A DNA stretch of 47,829 nt from Candidatus Avigastranaerophilus sp. (GCA_045538205.1 JAZSQW010000003.1:1-47829); one strand, 5' to 3'; shown: positions 10,717 through 19,240, counted from the stretch's first letter. A program made the numbers and translations. Notes: generated from the letters alone by a model not told the origin.

Positions 10717-11376
10717 ATGGAATCAGTCGCATTCATCCAATGGTGTCTCGAACACCTCAACTATTGGACCATCACCCTGCTGATGGCCATCGAGAGTTCA
10801 TTCATTCCCTTCCCCTCAGAAGTGGTAGTTCCCCCCGCAGCATGGAAAGCCGCAGCCGGTGACGGAGGATTGAATGTCTATCTTGTTGTCCTCTTTGCCA
10901 CTCTCGGAGCCAACATCGGCGCTCTCATCAACTATTATCTCGCCAAGTGGCTCGGCCGACCCATTGTCTATAAGTTTGCCAACAGCCGCTTCGGACACAT
11001 GTGCCTTATCGACGAAGCCAAAGTGCAACACGCCGAAGATTTCTTCGACAAGCACGGAGCCATTGCCACCTTCATCGGCCGATTGATACCCGCCGTGCGC
11101 CAGCTCATCTCCATTCCAGCCGGATTGGCCCGCATGAAGCTCAGCACCTTCCTCCTGTTCACCACATTGGGAGCCGGCATCTGGAATGCCATCCTGGCAG
11201 CTATCGGACACTATCTCTCTAAAGTGCCCGGCATCGAGACCGAAGAACAACTCCTCGAAAGAGTCAACGAGTACAGCCACGAGATTGGCCTCGTCTGCAT
11301 CCTCCTTGCCGTCTTCGTCATCGGTTTCCTTATATATAAAGGTACGGTCGGACACAAGAAAGCCGCAAAGAAATAA
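10717..11376 (+). CDS. DedA/VTT-domain inner-membrane protein
   Basis: 219 aa, multi-TM, motif ESSFIPFPSEVVVPPA...GRLIPAVRQLISIPAG typical of DedA. Confidence 0.8.
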   Translation: MESVAFIQWCLEHLNYWTITLLMAIESSFIPFPSEVVVPPAAWKAAAGDGGLNVYLVVLFATLGANIGALINYYLAKWLGRPIVYKFANSRFGHMCLIDEAKVQHAEDFFDKHGAIATFIGRLIPAVRQLISIPAGLARMKLSTFLLFTTLGAGIWNAILAAIGHYLSKVPGIETEEQLLERVNEYSHEIGLVCILLAVFVIGFLIYKGTVGHKKAAKK

Positions 11377-11482
11377 AGTCTTTCGCCGATACTTTTTGAA
11401 AGACAATTTAAACTTTTTCCATCGCGCATAGTCTTACTGTTAACATTGTTTTCTTTATTGTTAAATCTAAAAAGACTGAAAG

Positions 11483-11875
11483 ATGAAAAAGATTGGATTG
11501 ATTTTGTTTGCCTCTTTGGCAATGAGCGTAAGTGCTATGGCACAAATGCCGAATTTTGACCGTGGAGAAATCTTGAAGAACATGACCAAGCAGCAGGTTG
11601 AACGTCTGAAACTGAACGAAGAACAAGCTGCCAAGATGTTGGTGTTGAACGACAGTTTGATGTCATCTATGATGAGCGGATTCCGTCCGGGTGCCGACAT
11701 GGGTCAGGTTGATTTCGAAGCTATGCGCGCTAAGATGGAAAAGGCTCGCGATAAATACACCAAGGGCGTGAAGGCACTCCTTACCGAAGAACAATACAAG
11801 GAATTTGAAAAGATGCAGAAAGAGCATATGCAACGATTCGGTGGACAGGGTGGTCCCGGTGCTCCCAACAGATAA
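11483..11875 (+). CDS. secreted periplasmic protein, Spy/CpxP-like helical (family not resolved)
   Basis: Signal peptide MKKIGLILFASLAMSVSAMAQ, followed by a Lys/Glu/Gln-rich helical body. Confidence 0.6.
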   Translation: MKKIGLILFASLAMSVSAMAQMPNFDRGEILKNMTKQQVERLKLNEEQAAKMLVLNDSLMSSMMSGFRPGADMGQVDFEAMRAKMEKARDKYTKGVKALLTEEQYKEFEKMQKEHMQRFGGQGGPGAPNR

Positions 11876-11897
11876 GAATCGATTCTTCAAATCCATG

Positions 11898-11932
11898 ATG
11901 AGGTTGTATCAAAAATGCAACCTCATTTTTTA
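11898..11932 (+). terminator. rho-independent terminator
   Basis: ATGAGGTTG-loop-CAACCTCAT followed by TTTTTT. Confidence 0.75.
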
Positions 11933-11986
11933 TGGGTGTCCGCTAAAATTCTTACGGTTATTTTGACATCACGGTTCATGCCGTCT

Positions 11987-12088
11987 TTTGTCATCCTGAG
12001 CGAAGTCGAAGGATCTATAAGCAAGAGTATTAAAGAATGTCCGCCTACTGGATTCTTCGACTCCGTAAACTCCGCTCAGAATGACAAA
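11987..12088. repeat. REP/MITE-like palindromic element, copy A (TGTCATCCTGAGCGAAGTCGAAGGATC ... TCCGCTCAGAATGACAA)
   Basis: Arms are complementary. Same family as copy B at 12728-12838. Confidence 0.6.
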
Positions 12089-12100
12089 GCACCTAATACC

Positions 12101-12264
12101 TCAACGTTTATTCGTTTATTCGTTTATTCGTTTATACGTTTATTCGTTTATACGTTTATTCGTTTATACGTTGAAATTTCAACCCCTCAACCCATCAACC
12201 TCTCAACGAATAAACGCATCAACCCCTCAACGCATCATCGCCTCAACCTCTCAACGAATAGACG
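12101..12264. repeat. inverted octamer arrays: (CGTTTATW)x8 - palindrome GTTGAAATTTCAAC - (NNTCAACS)x11
   Basis: Read directly. The arms are related by reverse complement with G/T differences. Accounts for the fake + ORFs 11915..12703 and 12081..12401 (IRLFVYSF.../STNKRINPST...). Confidence 0.8.
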
Positions 12265-12697
12265 CCATCGTCCACCCCTTCTCGCTGCTCCACCTGTCCA
12301 CCTCGGCGGGTCGGATGCCACACTCCACACACGTCATGGCCATGATGATGCGGGCGAACACCTTGTGCCCCTCCTTCGAGGAGGGCGATGGCAAGGGCTG
12401 ACGCCCTGCCACCTTGTAATCGAGGAGACGGATCACCGTGCGGAGGTACTCGCGCGTGTCGTTCCCGTCCTCGGGCGGTGCCCACCGGTGGATGATGTTC
12501 TCCAGCGTGTAGCTCTTGCCTGCCTGCCTCAGTCGGATGCGGTAGGTGTCCATCAGTTTCCATGCCGCGCGATAGCCGAAGGGCATGGAGGTGAACTCTT
12601 CAAATTCCTTGTCCGTCACTATCTCTCTTCGCCCCACCCACCGGCTTGTGCCGCGACGGATATTGAGGGGGTTGTTATTGCGGATTCCTCTATTCAT
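12251..12697 (-). CDS. conserved hypothetical protein (RNNNPLNIR motif)
   Basis: ORF 12251..12739. Start moved to MNRGIRNNNPLNIRRG because the first 14 codons lie in low-complexity TGATTTG repeats. Family not resolved by eye. Confidence 0.55.
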   Translation of the reverse strand: MNRGIRNNNPLNIRRGTSRWVGRREIVTDKEFEEFTSMPFGYRAAWKLMDTYRIRLRQAGKSYTLENIIHRWAPPEDGNDTREYLRTVIRLLDYKVAGRQPLPSPSSKEGHKVFARIIMAMTCVECGIRPAEVDRWSSEKGWTMASIR

Positions 12698-12727
12698 GAT
12701 TGATTTATGATTTGTGATTTGTGATTT

Positions 12728-12838
12728 CGTCTCTGTCATTTTGAGCGCAGCGAAAAATCTGATAACGTGTGCTTTAATGCTTGTTTTGCTTACGTGTTCA
12801 GATCCTTCGTCCTGTCGTCCTCAGGATGACAGAGACGG
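12728..12838. repeat. REP/MITE-like palindromic element, copy B
   Basis: CGTCTCTGTCATTTTGAGCGCAGCGAAAAATCTGA ... TCAGATCCTTCGTCCTGTCGTCCTCAGGATGACAGAGACG. Confidence 0.6.
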
Positions 12839-12868
12839 CATGATTCACTCGTAGCTACTCCCTAGTAG

Positions 12869-13768
12869 TTAGTCACTATTTTCACTTTTTTGATAACTGT
12901 TATCTGTGATTTGTGATACATATTTGCGCGATTTCCACATGGCCAGCATGTGTCGTGCCTCCCTTTCGCCCCCACCGATGCCTGCCATGCGTCTCACGTC
13001 CAGTGCCTCTTTCAGGGTGAAGGTGTCGGGGAGCAATTCCAGCAAGTTCCGTGGCCCGGGCTTGCGTCGGGCAGCTTCTCCTTCGCTCATGCTCTCCTCG
13101 ATGTCCGCGCCGAAGAACTCCATCTTGCACCACAGGTCGTACTCCAGGCTCCAGCGCACAAACTCCTCGATGGCCTTCGACCACTTGCATCCGTGTGCCA
13201 CGTAGAGCACACATGCCTTCAGGTAGGCAATCACGTTGGCACGGAACGAGAGGTTCTCGTACACGCGGCTCTGTGTCAACCGTGCCCGGTCGGCACACTC
13301 CTCCTTCAGCTTCATGGCCAGGCGGTACGCTTCGGGACACTCCACCTCGCCTGTGGCCTTGGTGAGGCGTTCGATGTAGGGGCGCAGCTCTTCGGCAAAG
13401 GCCTCGTCGTAGGTGCCATAGACGGGCATTTCCGAGCCTATCTCCCGTTCGGGTATGGTGCAGAAGTTGATGCGCGAGACGGGTCCGTCGGTCAGCACCG
13501 AGCGGAAGTACCGCCTGCCCTTCTGGATGGTGGTCGAGGCATTCCAGTTGAATCGGATGGTCACCTTCTCCGTCACCGACCCCGCCCCCACGCGCGTCTG
13601 TCCGTAGCGGTTTCCTGGGTCGAAGGCCAGACACATGATCTGGAACTGTTGCCCTCCTCGTCCGCTTCCGCGCAAGGCATCGAACTGGTCAATCTCGTTC
13701 ATTTTCGTGTAGAGGAAGTGCCCGTCGGCCTCGGCCGTACGCATCACAAAGGCTGGATTGGTCATAAC
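12869..13768 (-). pseudogene. C-terminal 299 codons of a P-loop NTPase gene (phage/ICE primase-helicase-like) split by the prophage
   Basis: GC-rich ORF ending at attL. Continues in frame from the fragment at 47413-47781 once 13769-47406 is removed. Confidence 0.75.
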
Positions 13769-13788
13769 AATACTCTATAATGTTCCCG
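13763..13788. other. attL: host arm CATAACAA, shared core AATACT (13769-13774), phage arm AATGTTCCCG (13779-13788)
   Basis: Compared with attR by eye; see the integration-site finding. Confidence 0.7.
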
Positions 13789-13804
13789 ATTTAAAAATTA
13801 TTAT

Positions 13805-13812
13805 TACCTTTG
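13805..13812 (+). promoter_or_regulatory. -7 box TAccTTTG for integrase
   Basis: 22 nt upstream of the ATG at 13834. Confidence 0.5.
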
Positions 13813-13833
13813 CAGCATAAAAATATTACAGTT

Positions 13834-15345
13834 ATGATAAAAGCATTAATTATTATTAGAACTTCTACAAAGAAGCAAGAGGTTGATTCTCAAAATTATG
13901 AGATTGTAAACTACGTTAAATCAATGGGTTATACAGATGATGAAATTGTAGTAGTAGGTACTAAAGCAGCTTCTGCCATCAAATTAGATGACCGTTATAA
14001 AGAGAATATGAACAAGGTATATGCAACAATTAATAGTAATCCCTCTATTGAATGTGTATATGCTTGGGGTTTGGATAGAATCGGTAGAAATGAAGAACTT
14101 ATGGTAGGATTTAAGAATTTCTTGATTCAAAAAAAGATAAATTTGAGAATTAAAGAGCCATCTTTATATTTGTTAGAAGATGATGGCACTGTAAATAAAG
14201 GTATGGAATTAGCACTTAGTTTATTTATAACTATGGCTAAACAAGAAATGGAACAAAAGAAAGCCAGATTCAAAAGAGCCAAGGATAGGAATCGTAGAGA
14301 AGGAAGATTTAACGGAGGTGCTGAAACCAGATTCGGATATAGTGTAGAAAATGGATATTTCGTAGTTAATAAAGAGGAAGCAGATATAGTAAGACTGTTA
14401 TTTGATGAATATGCTACTGGAGCATATAGCATTCAAAAACTAAGCAATGAAATGAATAGTAGAGGTATTAGACACAGGGGAAAAAGGCTTACTTTAGATT
14501 TTCTGCATAGTTTGTTATCTGATAACACTTATATCGGTGAAGGAAACAAAGCCGCTATTATAGAAAAAGAAGTCTTTGATAAAGTTGCAGCTATTAGAGT
14601 TAAAAACACTTCCCCACTTTTAACTAAAGAGAGTAAGACTATACATTTAGCTACAAAAATTTTAGTCTGTGAAAACTGTGGCTGTAATTACGGAGCAAAC
14701 TTTGATAGATATGTATGTTACAAACACAGATTTCCCAGTAGATTTCAAGATGAATGTACCAACGATTTAACTATTAGAATTGACTTAATGGATAAATTGA
14801 TTTGGGAGGTAGCTTTTGAAATGCACAAACAGTATTTATCAGTCGTAGATCAGACAAAGATAAATGAAATTGATAGAGAATTAGCTGTATTAGGACAAAA
14901 AGTATTGGAAATTTACAATAAAATGGAGGCTCTTAAACCTAGAAGAGAAAGAATTATTGAATTATATACTGACGGTATTACAACTAAAGAGCAGTTCACC
15001 AGAGCAGAAAATAAGATTAAAACAGATTTAGAAAATTATAATGAAATTCTAAACAGCTATATAGAAAAGACTGAATATTATAAGGAATTGGCAGAAAAGG
15101 TTAAAAATCCAGACACAGATATTGTTGTAAATAGCCAAGAAGAAAAGAAAAAGATTGTATCAAAGCATATAAAAAAGGTCGTAGTCAGAAGGCACGAATA
15201 TTTAGGAAAAGTTATGACTTTGATAATCTTTAATGACAATATTAAAATTTTATACAATCCTTGGTCAAAACGAAAAACGGATAATAACATCTACTACTGG
15301 GAAAACGAACAGTGGGTAGGAAAATATAGAGTTTCTGCCAAATAA
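13834..15345 (+). CDS. int: large serine recombinase (integrase)
   Basis: N-terminal resolvase motif ALIIIRTSTKKQ, recombinase domain, Cys-rich zinc ribbon (CENCGCNYGANFDRYVCYKH), coiled-coil C-terminus. No TAG; TAA stop. Confidence 0.88.
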   Translation: MIKALIIIRTSTKKQEVDSQNYEIVNYVKSMGYTDDEIVVVGTKAASAIKLDDRYKENMNKVYATINSNPSIECVYAWGLDRIGRNEELMVGFKNFLIQKKINLRIKEPSLYLLEDDGTVNKGMELALSLFITMAKQEMEQKKARFKRAKDRNRREGRFNGGAETRFGYSVENGYFVVNKEEADIVRLLFDEYATGAYSIQKLSNEMNSRGIRHRGKRLTLDFLHSLLSDNTYIGEGNKAAIIEKEVFDKVAAIRVKNTSPLLTKESKTIHLATKILVCENCGCNYGANFDRYVCYKHRFPSRFQDECTNDLTIRIDLMDKLIWEVAFEMHKQYLSVVDQTKINEIDRELAVLGQKVLEIYNKMEALKPRRERIIELYTDGITTKEQFTRAENKIKTDLENYNEILNSYIEKTEYYKELAEKVKNPDTDIVVNSQEEKKKIVSKHIKKVVVRRHEYLGKVMTLIIFNDNIKILYNPWSKRKTDNNIYYWENEQWVGKYRVSAK

Positions 15346-15381
15346 AACAATAAAGCCAGCAAAGTGATGCTGGCTTTACTT

Positions 15382-16302
15382 TTATATGAAACTTAAAAAG
15401 TCGGCTTCAGACATTATTTCTATGTCTTGTCCTTTGTCTTTCAGTTTTATGGCTTTTTCTTGTTTGGAACTTAGACCGTCTTCACCTACTACCCTGTAAT
15501 CCTGCTGGCCTACTACAAGTATATCAGTATTCTTAGTTACAGAATCTACAGGGATGCCACCTATATCAGCTATCTTTTGCCACAAACCTTGTCTGGTGGA
15601 ATAGCTAAGTTTGCCAGTAAAACATACGGTTTTCTGGTAGAAGTAGTTTCCTTCATCTATCAGTTCTGGATTCCCTTGTATGTTGGCACTTTTTATTTTA
15701 GGGCTTCCAGTAGATAGCTGTGGTTTAAAGTATGATGGCTTAAATTCACCACGTTTAAAATAGTATTTGGCTTCCAGTTCCTCTAAAGATGTAACTTCTG
15801 CCAGTTCCAAAGATTTGATAAAGACTTTGGCACAGGCTACAGAATCACTTTCCGCTCTATGGTGTGATTCAAAAGGAATATTCATAGCTTCACACAATGG
15901 GGACAAAGAATAGCTGTAGGTATCTTTAAAAGTGTATTTGGCAATTCTACAGGAACAGAAATGCTTGAATGTAGGAAATTCTATATCATAGAGTTCAAAA
16001 GCATCTTTCAAAGCGTACATATCAAATGAGGTGTTATGAGCCACTACAATTTGATTTGTCAAGTATGGTTCTACTTCTTTCCAGACCTTTTCAAATGAAG
16101 GACTGTTTTTTGTCATTTGGGGTGTAATGCCGTGAAGATAGATATTAAATCCATCGTAATCATTCCCTTCTGGACGAACTAACCAGCTTTTGCTTTCAAC
16201 TATCTGGGAATCCTTTACTATGGCTATACCTATTTCACAGATAGAGTTTCTTTGCCAGTTGGCAGTTTCTAAATCTAATGCTACAAAATTCAGATTTTCC
16301 AT
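15382..16302 (-). CDS. DEDDh 3'-5' exonuclease (DnaQ-like) fused to a C-terminal BRCT domain
   Basis: FVALDLETAN ... VAHNTSFDMYAL ... HHRAESDS exo motifs. BRCT-like segment TVCFTGKLS...DILVVGQ. Start set at MENLNF because a -7 box lies inside the longer track ORF. No TAG. Confidence 0.8.
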   Translation of the reverse strand: MENLNFVALDLETANWQRNSICEIGIAIVKDSQIVESKSWLVRPEGNDYDGFNIYLHGITPQMTKNSPSFEKVWKEVEPYLTNQIVVAHNTSFDMYALKDAFELYDIEFPTFKHFCSCRIAKYTFKDTYSYSLSPLCEAMNIPFESHHRAESDSVACAKVFIKSLELAEVTSLEELEAKYYFKRGEFKPSYFKPQLSTGSPKIKSANIQGNPELIDEGNYFYQKTVCFTGKLSYSTRQGLWQKIADIGGIPVDSVTKNTDILVVGQQDYRVVGEDGLSSKQEKAIKLKDKGQDIEIMSEADFLSFI

Positions 16303-16324
16303 ACGCTTTTGTTTTAATTTGATG

Positions 16325-16332
16325 CAAATATA
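16325..16332 (-). promoter_or_regulatory. -7 box TAtaTTTG (minus strand) for the exonuclease gene
   Basis: Reverse complement of CAAATATA, 23 nt upstream of the ATG at 16302. Confidence 0.45.
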
Positions 16333-16375
16333 CAATAAAATAGCAGCTTAATAATAGTTTCTACTTATAAATGTG

Positions 16376-16383
16376 TACATTTG
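16376..16383 (+). promoter_or_regulatory. -7 box TAcaTTTG
   Basis: 23 nt upstream of the ATG at 16406. Confidence 0.45.
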
Positions 16384-16405
16384 CAGAAACAAATAAATTG
16401 CAGGT

Positions 16406-16897
16406 ATGAAAAAAGTACTATTACTGATAGCTTTAATTAGTTTGCCACTACTGGCATTTGCACAGTCTGTATCATATACATACAAGCCATTAGCAGCAGA
16501 AGGATGCAGTGTTAGATATACTGTAGCAAAACAGGATTCTTCCAGTTACATAGTAGTTACGATAAAGTCAGACCGCTTTAAGTTCCTTACAGAATCCACT
16601 ATGTTAATAAGAACCTACAAAGATGAAGTAATAAAGTTAGAAGGTAAACATATAAATGATGGCAGTGAAACTGGTGGTATCGTATCTGGTAATATAGTTA
16701 TTCCTGTTACTGAAATAAGCACCACAGCACAATTTAAAATAACTGATGAACAAATAGAGAAATTACAGGATGGTGTAGCTAAGATAAGGATTACAGCTAT
16801 TCCAATGAATCACGAAAGAAACTTTAAGAAGGATAAGATAGGTAAGAAGCTATACAAGTACTTCAATGAGTTAGCAAATACTGATGATACCTTTTAA
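16406..16897 (+). CDS. secreted hypothetical protein (accessory/moron candidate)
   Basis: Signal peptide MKKVLLLIALISLPLLAFAQ. No TAG; TAA stop. Confidence 0.7.
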   Translation: MKKVLLLIALISLPLLAFAQSVSYTYKPLAAEGCSVRYTVAKQDSSSYIVVTIKSDRFKFLTESTMLIRTYKDEVIKLEGKHINDGSETGGIVSGNIVIPVTEISTTAQFKITDEQIEKLQDGVAKIRITAIPMNHERNFKKDKIGKKLYKYFNELANTDDTF

Positions 16898-16971
16898 AAC
16901 AAAAAAGCCAGCTTACTTAGCTGTAAAATGAAGGAATAAGGGAATAATCTTGAATTTCAAATTTTGAATGT

Positions 16972-17568
16972 ATGGTTACTATACTTTTTATTGTTGTTAT
17001 CTTAGTTATATATATACTGGTAATTGCTTGTAAAGAATCTGGGAAACGTAGAAAAGCCCAAAAGGAATTATCCGATAAATACATTAAGTTTATATCACAA
17101 TTTAACAAGGTGAATGGGACACGTTATTTATTATATGGTGATTTAAATGCAATATTTAATAAGTGCCTTGTGGATTACATTTTTACAGCTAATTATGTTT
17201 TACCTTTTGTTTTAGATAAAAAACACGATATATCTTTACATAATTACAGATATAAAGATATGAAGAACTATAAGGAATCAAGTATATACAAATTAGAAGA
17301 ATGTAGATTAGGGGAATTATTAAACATACAAAAAAACCAAGATGTGAAATTATTTTATAGTACCCTATTTGATATTTCTATAAACACCTTTTCTATAGAT
17401 CATAAAATATGTGCTGCACATTATGTTAAAGAAAATAACCCTGTAAGAATAAGAATATTTACTGAATACAGGGATTCTGGAGAACTTTGGTTAGATACAT
17501 TTACAATTACTGGACAACATATAGAATCTACAGTGAAACATTTAGGGTCAGCTTCTGATTATGAATAA
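16972..17568 (+). CDS. N-terminally membrane-anchored hypothetical protein
   Basis: TM segment VTILFIVVILVIYILVIAC followed by a 170-aa soluble domain. No TAG. Confidence 0.65.
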   Translation: MVTILFIVVILVIYILVIACKESGKRRKAQKELSDKYIKFISQFNKVNGTRYLLYGDLNAIFNKCLVDYIFTANYVLPFVLDKKHDISLHNYRYKDMKNYKESSIYKLEECRLGELLNIQKNQDVKLFYSTLFDISINTFSIDHKICAAHYVKENNPVRIRIFTEYRDSGELWLDTFTITGQHIESTVKHLGSASDYE

Positions 17569-17597
17569 TTATAGTGCTAACTTTATTGCTTATACTT

Positions 17598-18434
17598 ATG
17601 CCTAAAACATTTCAACATTTGAGTAAGTCTGCTATAAATACAATGCTGCCAGATAATTTGCAGTTAAAAGACAAAAAATATAGTGGTAATATTTACTCTA
17701 CAAAAGGAGGAGATTTAATAGGATATACAGAATCTAAATACTATGAAAAAGAAGATGAATTTTTCTATTCATTATTTATAGATTTATTTGAAGAATATGA
17801 AGTTAAAAATGCCTGTTTAGCAGTCTATAATAAGGGGGTGTTTCTGTTACCATTGGAGTTATTGTTAGAATTGAGAGAAGTTACTCATTCAAAGCTATAT
17901 AAAGATATAGGGCTAAGATATAATCTTCATATTGTTGAAAAAGATAATAGCTTCACATTGTGCAAAGCAAAAAATGGATATACAAAAGACCTAACCGAAT
18001 ACTTTATACCGTATGAAGCCCACTGTATAGAAGAATTATATGATATTGATTATGACCAGATTCTACAAGATGCTATAAAATATCAAGATTCAGAACAACA
18101 GTACACTATTACAAATGATGCAAAACGAAGAATTGAAAGTAAAAAGCAAAAGGAACGTATAGCCATTTTAGAAAATCATACCTGCCAAATATGTGGCTTT
18201 AATCAATCTTATATCAATGAAAGCGGAAATAAAAAATGGATTATTGAAGTTGATCATATTATTGAAAAGTCTAAAGGTGGAGGAGAAACAATAAATAATT
18301 TGATGGTATTGTGTCCTAATTGCCACGCAAAAAAAACTTATGGAATAATTAAAATAGATAAGAATTACCGTGTATTTGAAAATAATGTAGAAATACAAAT
18401 TAGGGACAATCATTTGAAATTATCCCTTAAATGA
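17598..18434 (+). CDS. McrA-like HNH endonuclease with unknown N-terminal domain
   Basis: C-terminal segment HTCQICGF...EVDHIIEKSKGGGETINNLMVLCPNCHAKK (CxxC...H...N...CxxCH). ATG at 17598 preferred over the GTG at 17574. No TAG; TGA stop. Confidence 0.75.
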   Translation: MPKTFQHLSKSAINTMLPDNLQLKDKKYSGNIYSTKGGDLIGYTESKYYEKEDEFFYSLFIDLFEEYEVKNACLAVYNKGVFLLPLELLLELREVTHSKLYKDIGLRYNLHIVEKDNSFTLCKAKNGYTKDLTEYFIPYEAHCIEELYDIDYDQILQDAIKYQDSEQQYTITNDAKRRIESKKQKERIAILENHTCQICGFNQSYINESGNKKWIIEVDHIIEKSKGGGETINNLMVLCPNCHAKKTYGIIKIDKNYRVFENNVEIQIRDNHLKLSLK

Positions 18435-18456
18435 ACCATATAATATAAACAAATAA

Positions 18457-18490
18457 TGCCAGCCTACAGTTAAGTAAGCTGGCATTTTTT
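18457..18490. terminator. bidirectional rho-independent terminator
   Basis: TGCCAGC-loop-GCTGGCA with TTTTTT on the + side and a T-rich run on the - side. Confidence 0.75.
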
Positions 18491-18581
18491 ATAGTATGGG
18501 GGCTAAGATGCACATTATACAGAAAGCCATTACAGCACCCCAAATGAACCCTTCTAATATCATTCTATTGTATGTTTTCAT
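18489..18581 (-). CDS. 30-aa hydrophobic peptide MKTYNRMILEGFIWGAVMAFCIMCILAPIL
   Basis: ATG to TAA, single TM-like segment, lies between the tRNA candidate and the terminator. Too short for the track. Confidence 0.35.
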   Translation of the reverse strand: MKTYNRMILEGFIWGAVMAFCIMCILAPIL

Positions 18582-18596
18582 AGTGTTAGGTTTAAG

Positions 18597-18667
18597 TAGT
18601 CCTATTCCGATTCAAACGGAAACTTAGAAGGTTAGAATTTCTTATGCTATCATTACATCATAGGACA
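18597..18667 (-). tRNA. candidate amber-suppressor tRNA, anticodon CUA (tRNA-Sup; Gln identity inferred)
   Basis: Hand fold of TGTCCTA TG ATGT AATGATA GCAT A AGAAA TTCTAAC CTTCT AAGT TTCCG TTTGAAT CGGAA TAGGACT A. Acceptor stem 6/7 bp (U1.U72). D stem 3 WC + 1 GU. Anticodon stem 4 WC + A.C. Loop is U-U-CUA-A-C. T stem 5/5. Has U8, A14, A21, A15:U48, T54, A58. The 19:56 pair reads A:U rather than G:C, which is compensatory. No encoded CCA. Confidence 0.5.
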
Positions 18668-18772
18668 ATATTTAACGAATACTTATCTGATTAAGTCTAT
18701 CAAGCCAGTTAAGGTAGTACTGGCTGTTTTTATCTGGGTATTGTTGCTGGTATGAATCCACCAGCCTTAATA

Positions 18773-19240
18773 TCATTTCTCCGATTTCTTCCATATACCA
18801 TTTATCTTTATGAACTTAGTACCCTTTTCTTTGGGTATCAGTAGTATATTCTTCATCTTCTTTCCTGTATTAATGGCTGTAGTCCTATTACAGTAGAAGC
18901 TATCAGTAGTAGCGTATTTACTAATGGTGAAAGTGCTGTACCAGTAACAGGAATCTTCACCAAAGAAGCAAATGTAAAAGGCTGCATCTAAACCCTTATC
19001 TTTCTTATCCTGTACCAAAGCATTAAACTTATCCACTTCCATAAGGTGTGTATCATAATCTTCATACTGCTGGCTTCTTACTTTGATTTCGGCTACTATG
19101 CCTTTATCTTTGAGTTTGAAATAAAAATCTACAGGGTTAAATTCATCTTCTGTGGGCTATAAGTCTGTAGCTTTCATCTATCCCAACAGTTCACTTAAAA
19201 GGCTTCTACCCTTCTATTCGGATTCAGTAAATTTATTCAT
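18773..19240 (-). CDS. PD-(D/E)XK / Hjc-like nuclease candidate (recoded, 3 in-frame TAG)
   Basis: Extends track ORF 18773..19042 upstream through TAGs at comp. 19214-16, 19178-80 and 19157-59 to an ATG overlapping the upstream TGA (ATGA). Reads MNKFTESEQKGRSLLSELLGQMKATDLQPTEDEFNPVDFYFKLKDKGIVAEIKVRS... (D...E-x-K). Confidence 0.65.

Noticed and set aside
11915-12703. 262-aa + strand ORF (and 12081..12401, 12243..12563).
   Set aside because: The translation is dominated by repeat-derived low-complexity strings (IRLFVYSF, STNKRINPST) and lies antisense to a better gene, so it is a repeat artefact.
12900-13780. Long alternative-frame and antisense ORFs in the GC-rich host segment (12900..13634, 12950..13780, 13051..13365). 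Similar shadows lie opposite uvrA, the LysM gene, proS, glnS, the TPR gene and DedA (e.g. 52..426, 1220..1747, 1933..2595, 7501..8286, 8287..9231, 9958..10407, 10816..11406).
   Set aside because: These are typical shadow ORFs of GC-rich coding DNA. They are Arg/Pro/His-rich or low-complexity, have no motifs, and each overlaps a well-supported gene.
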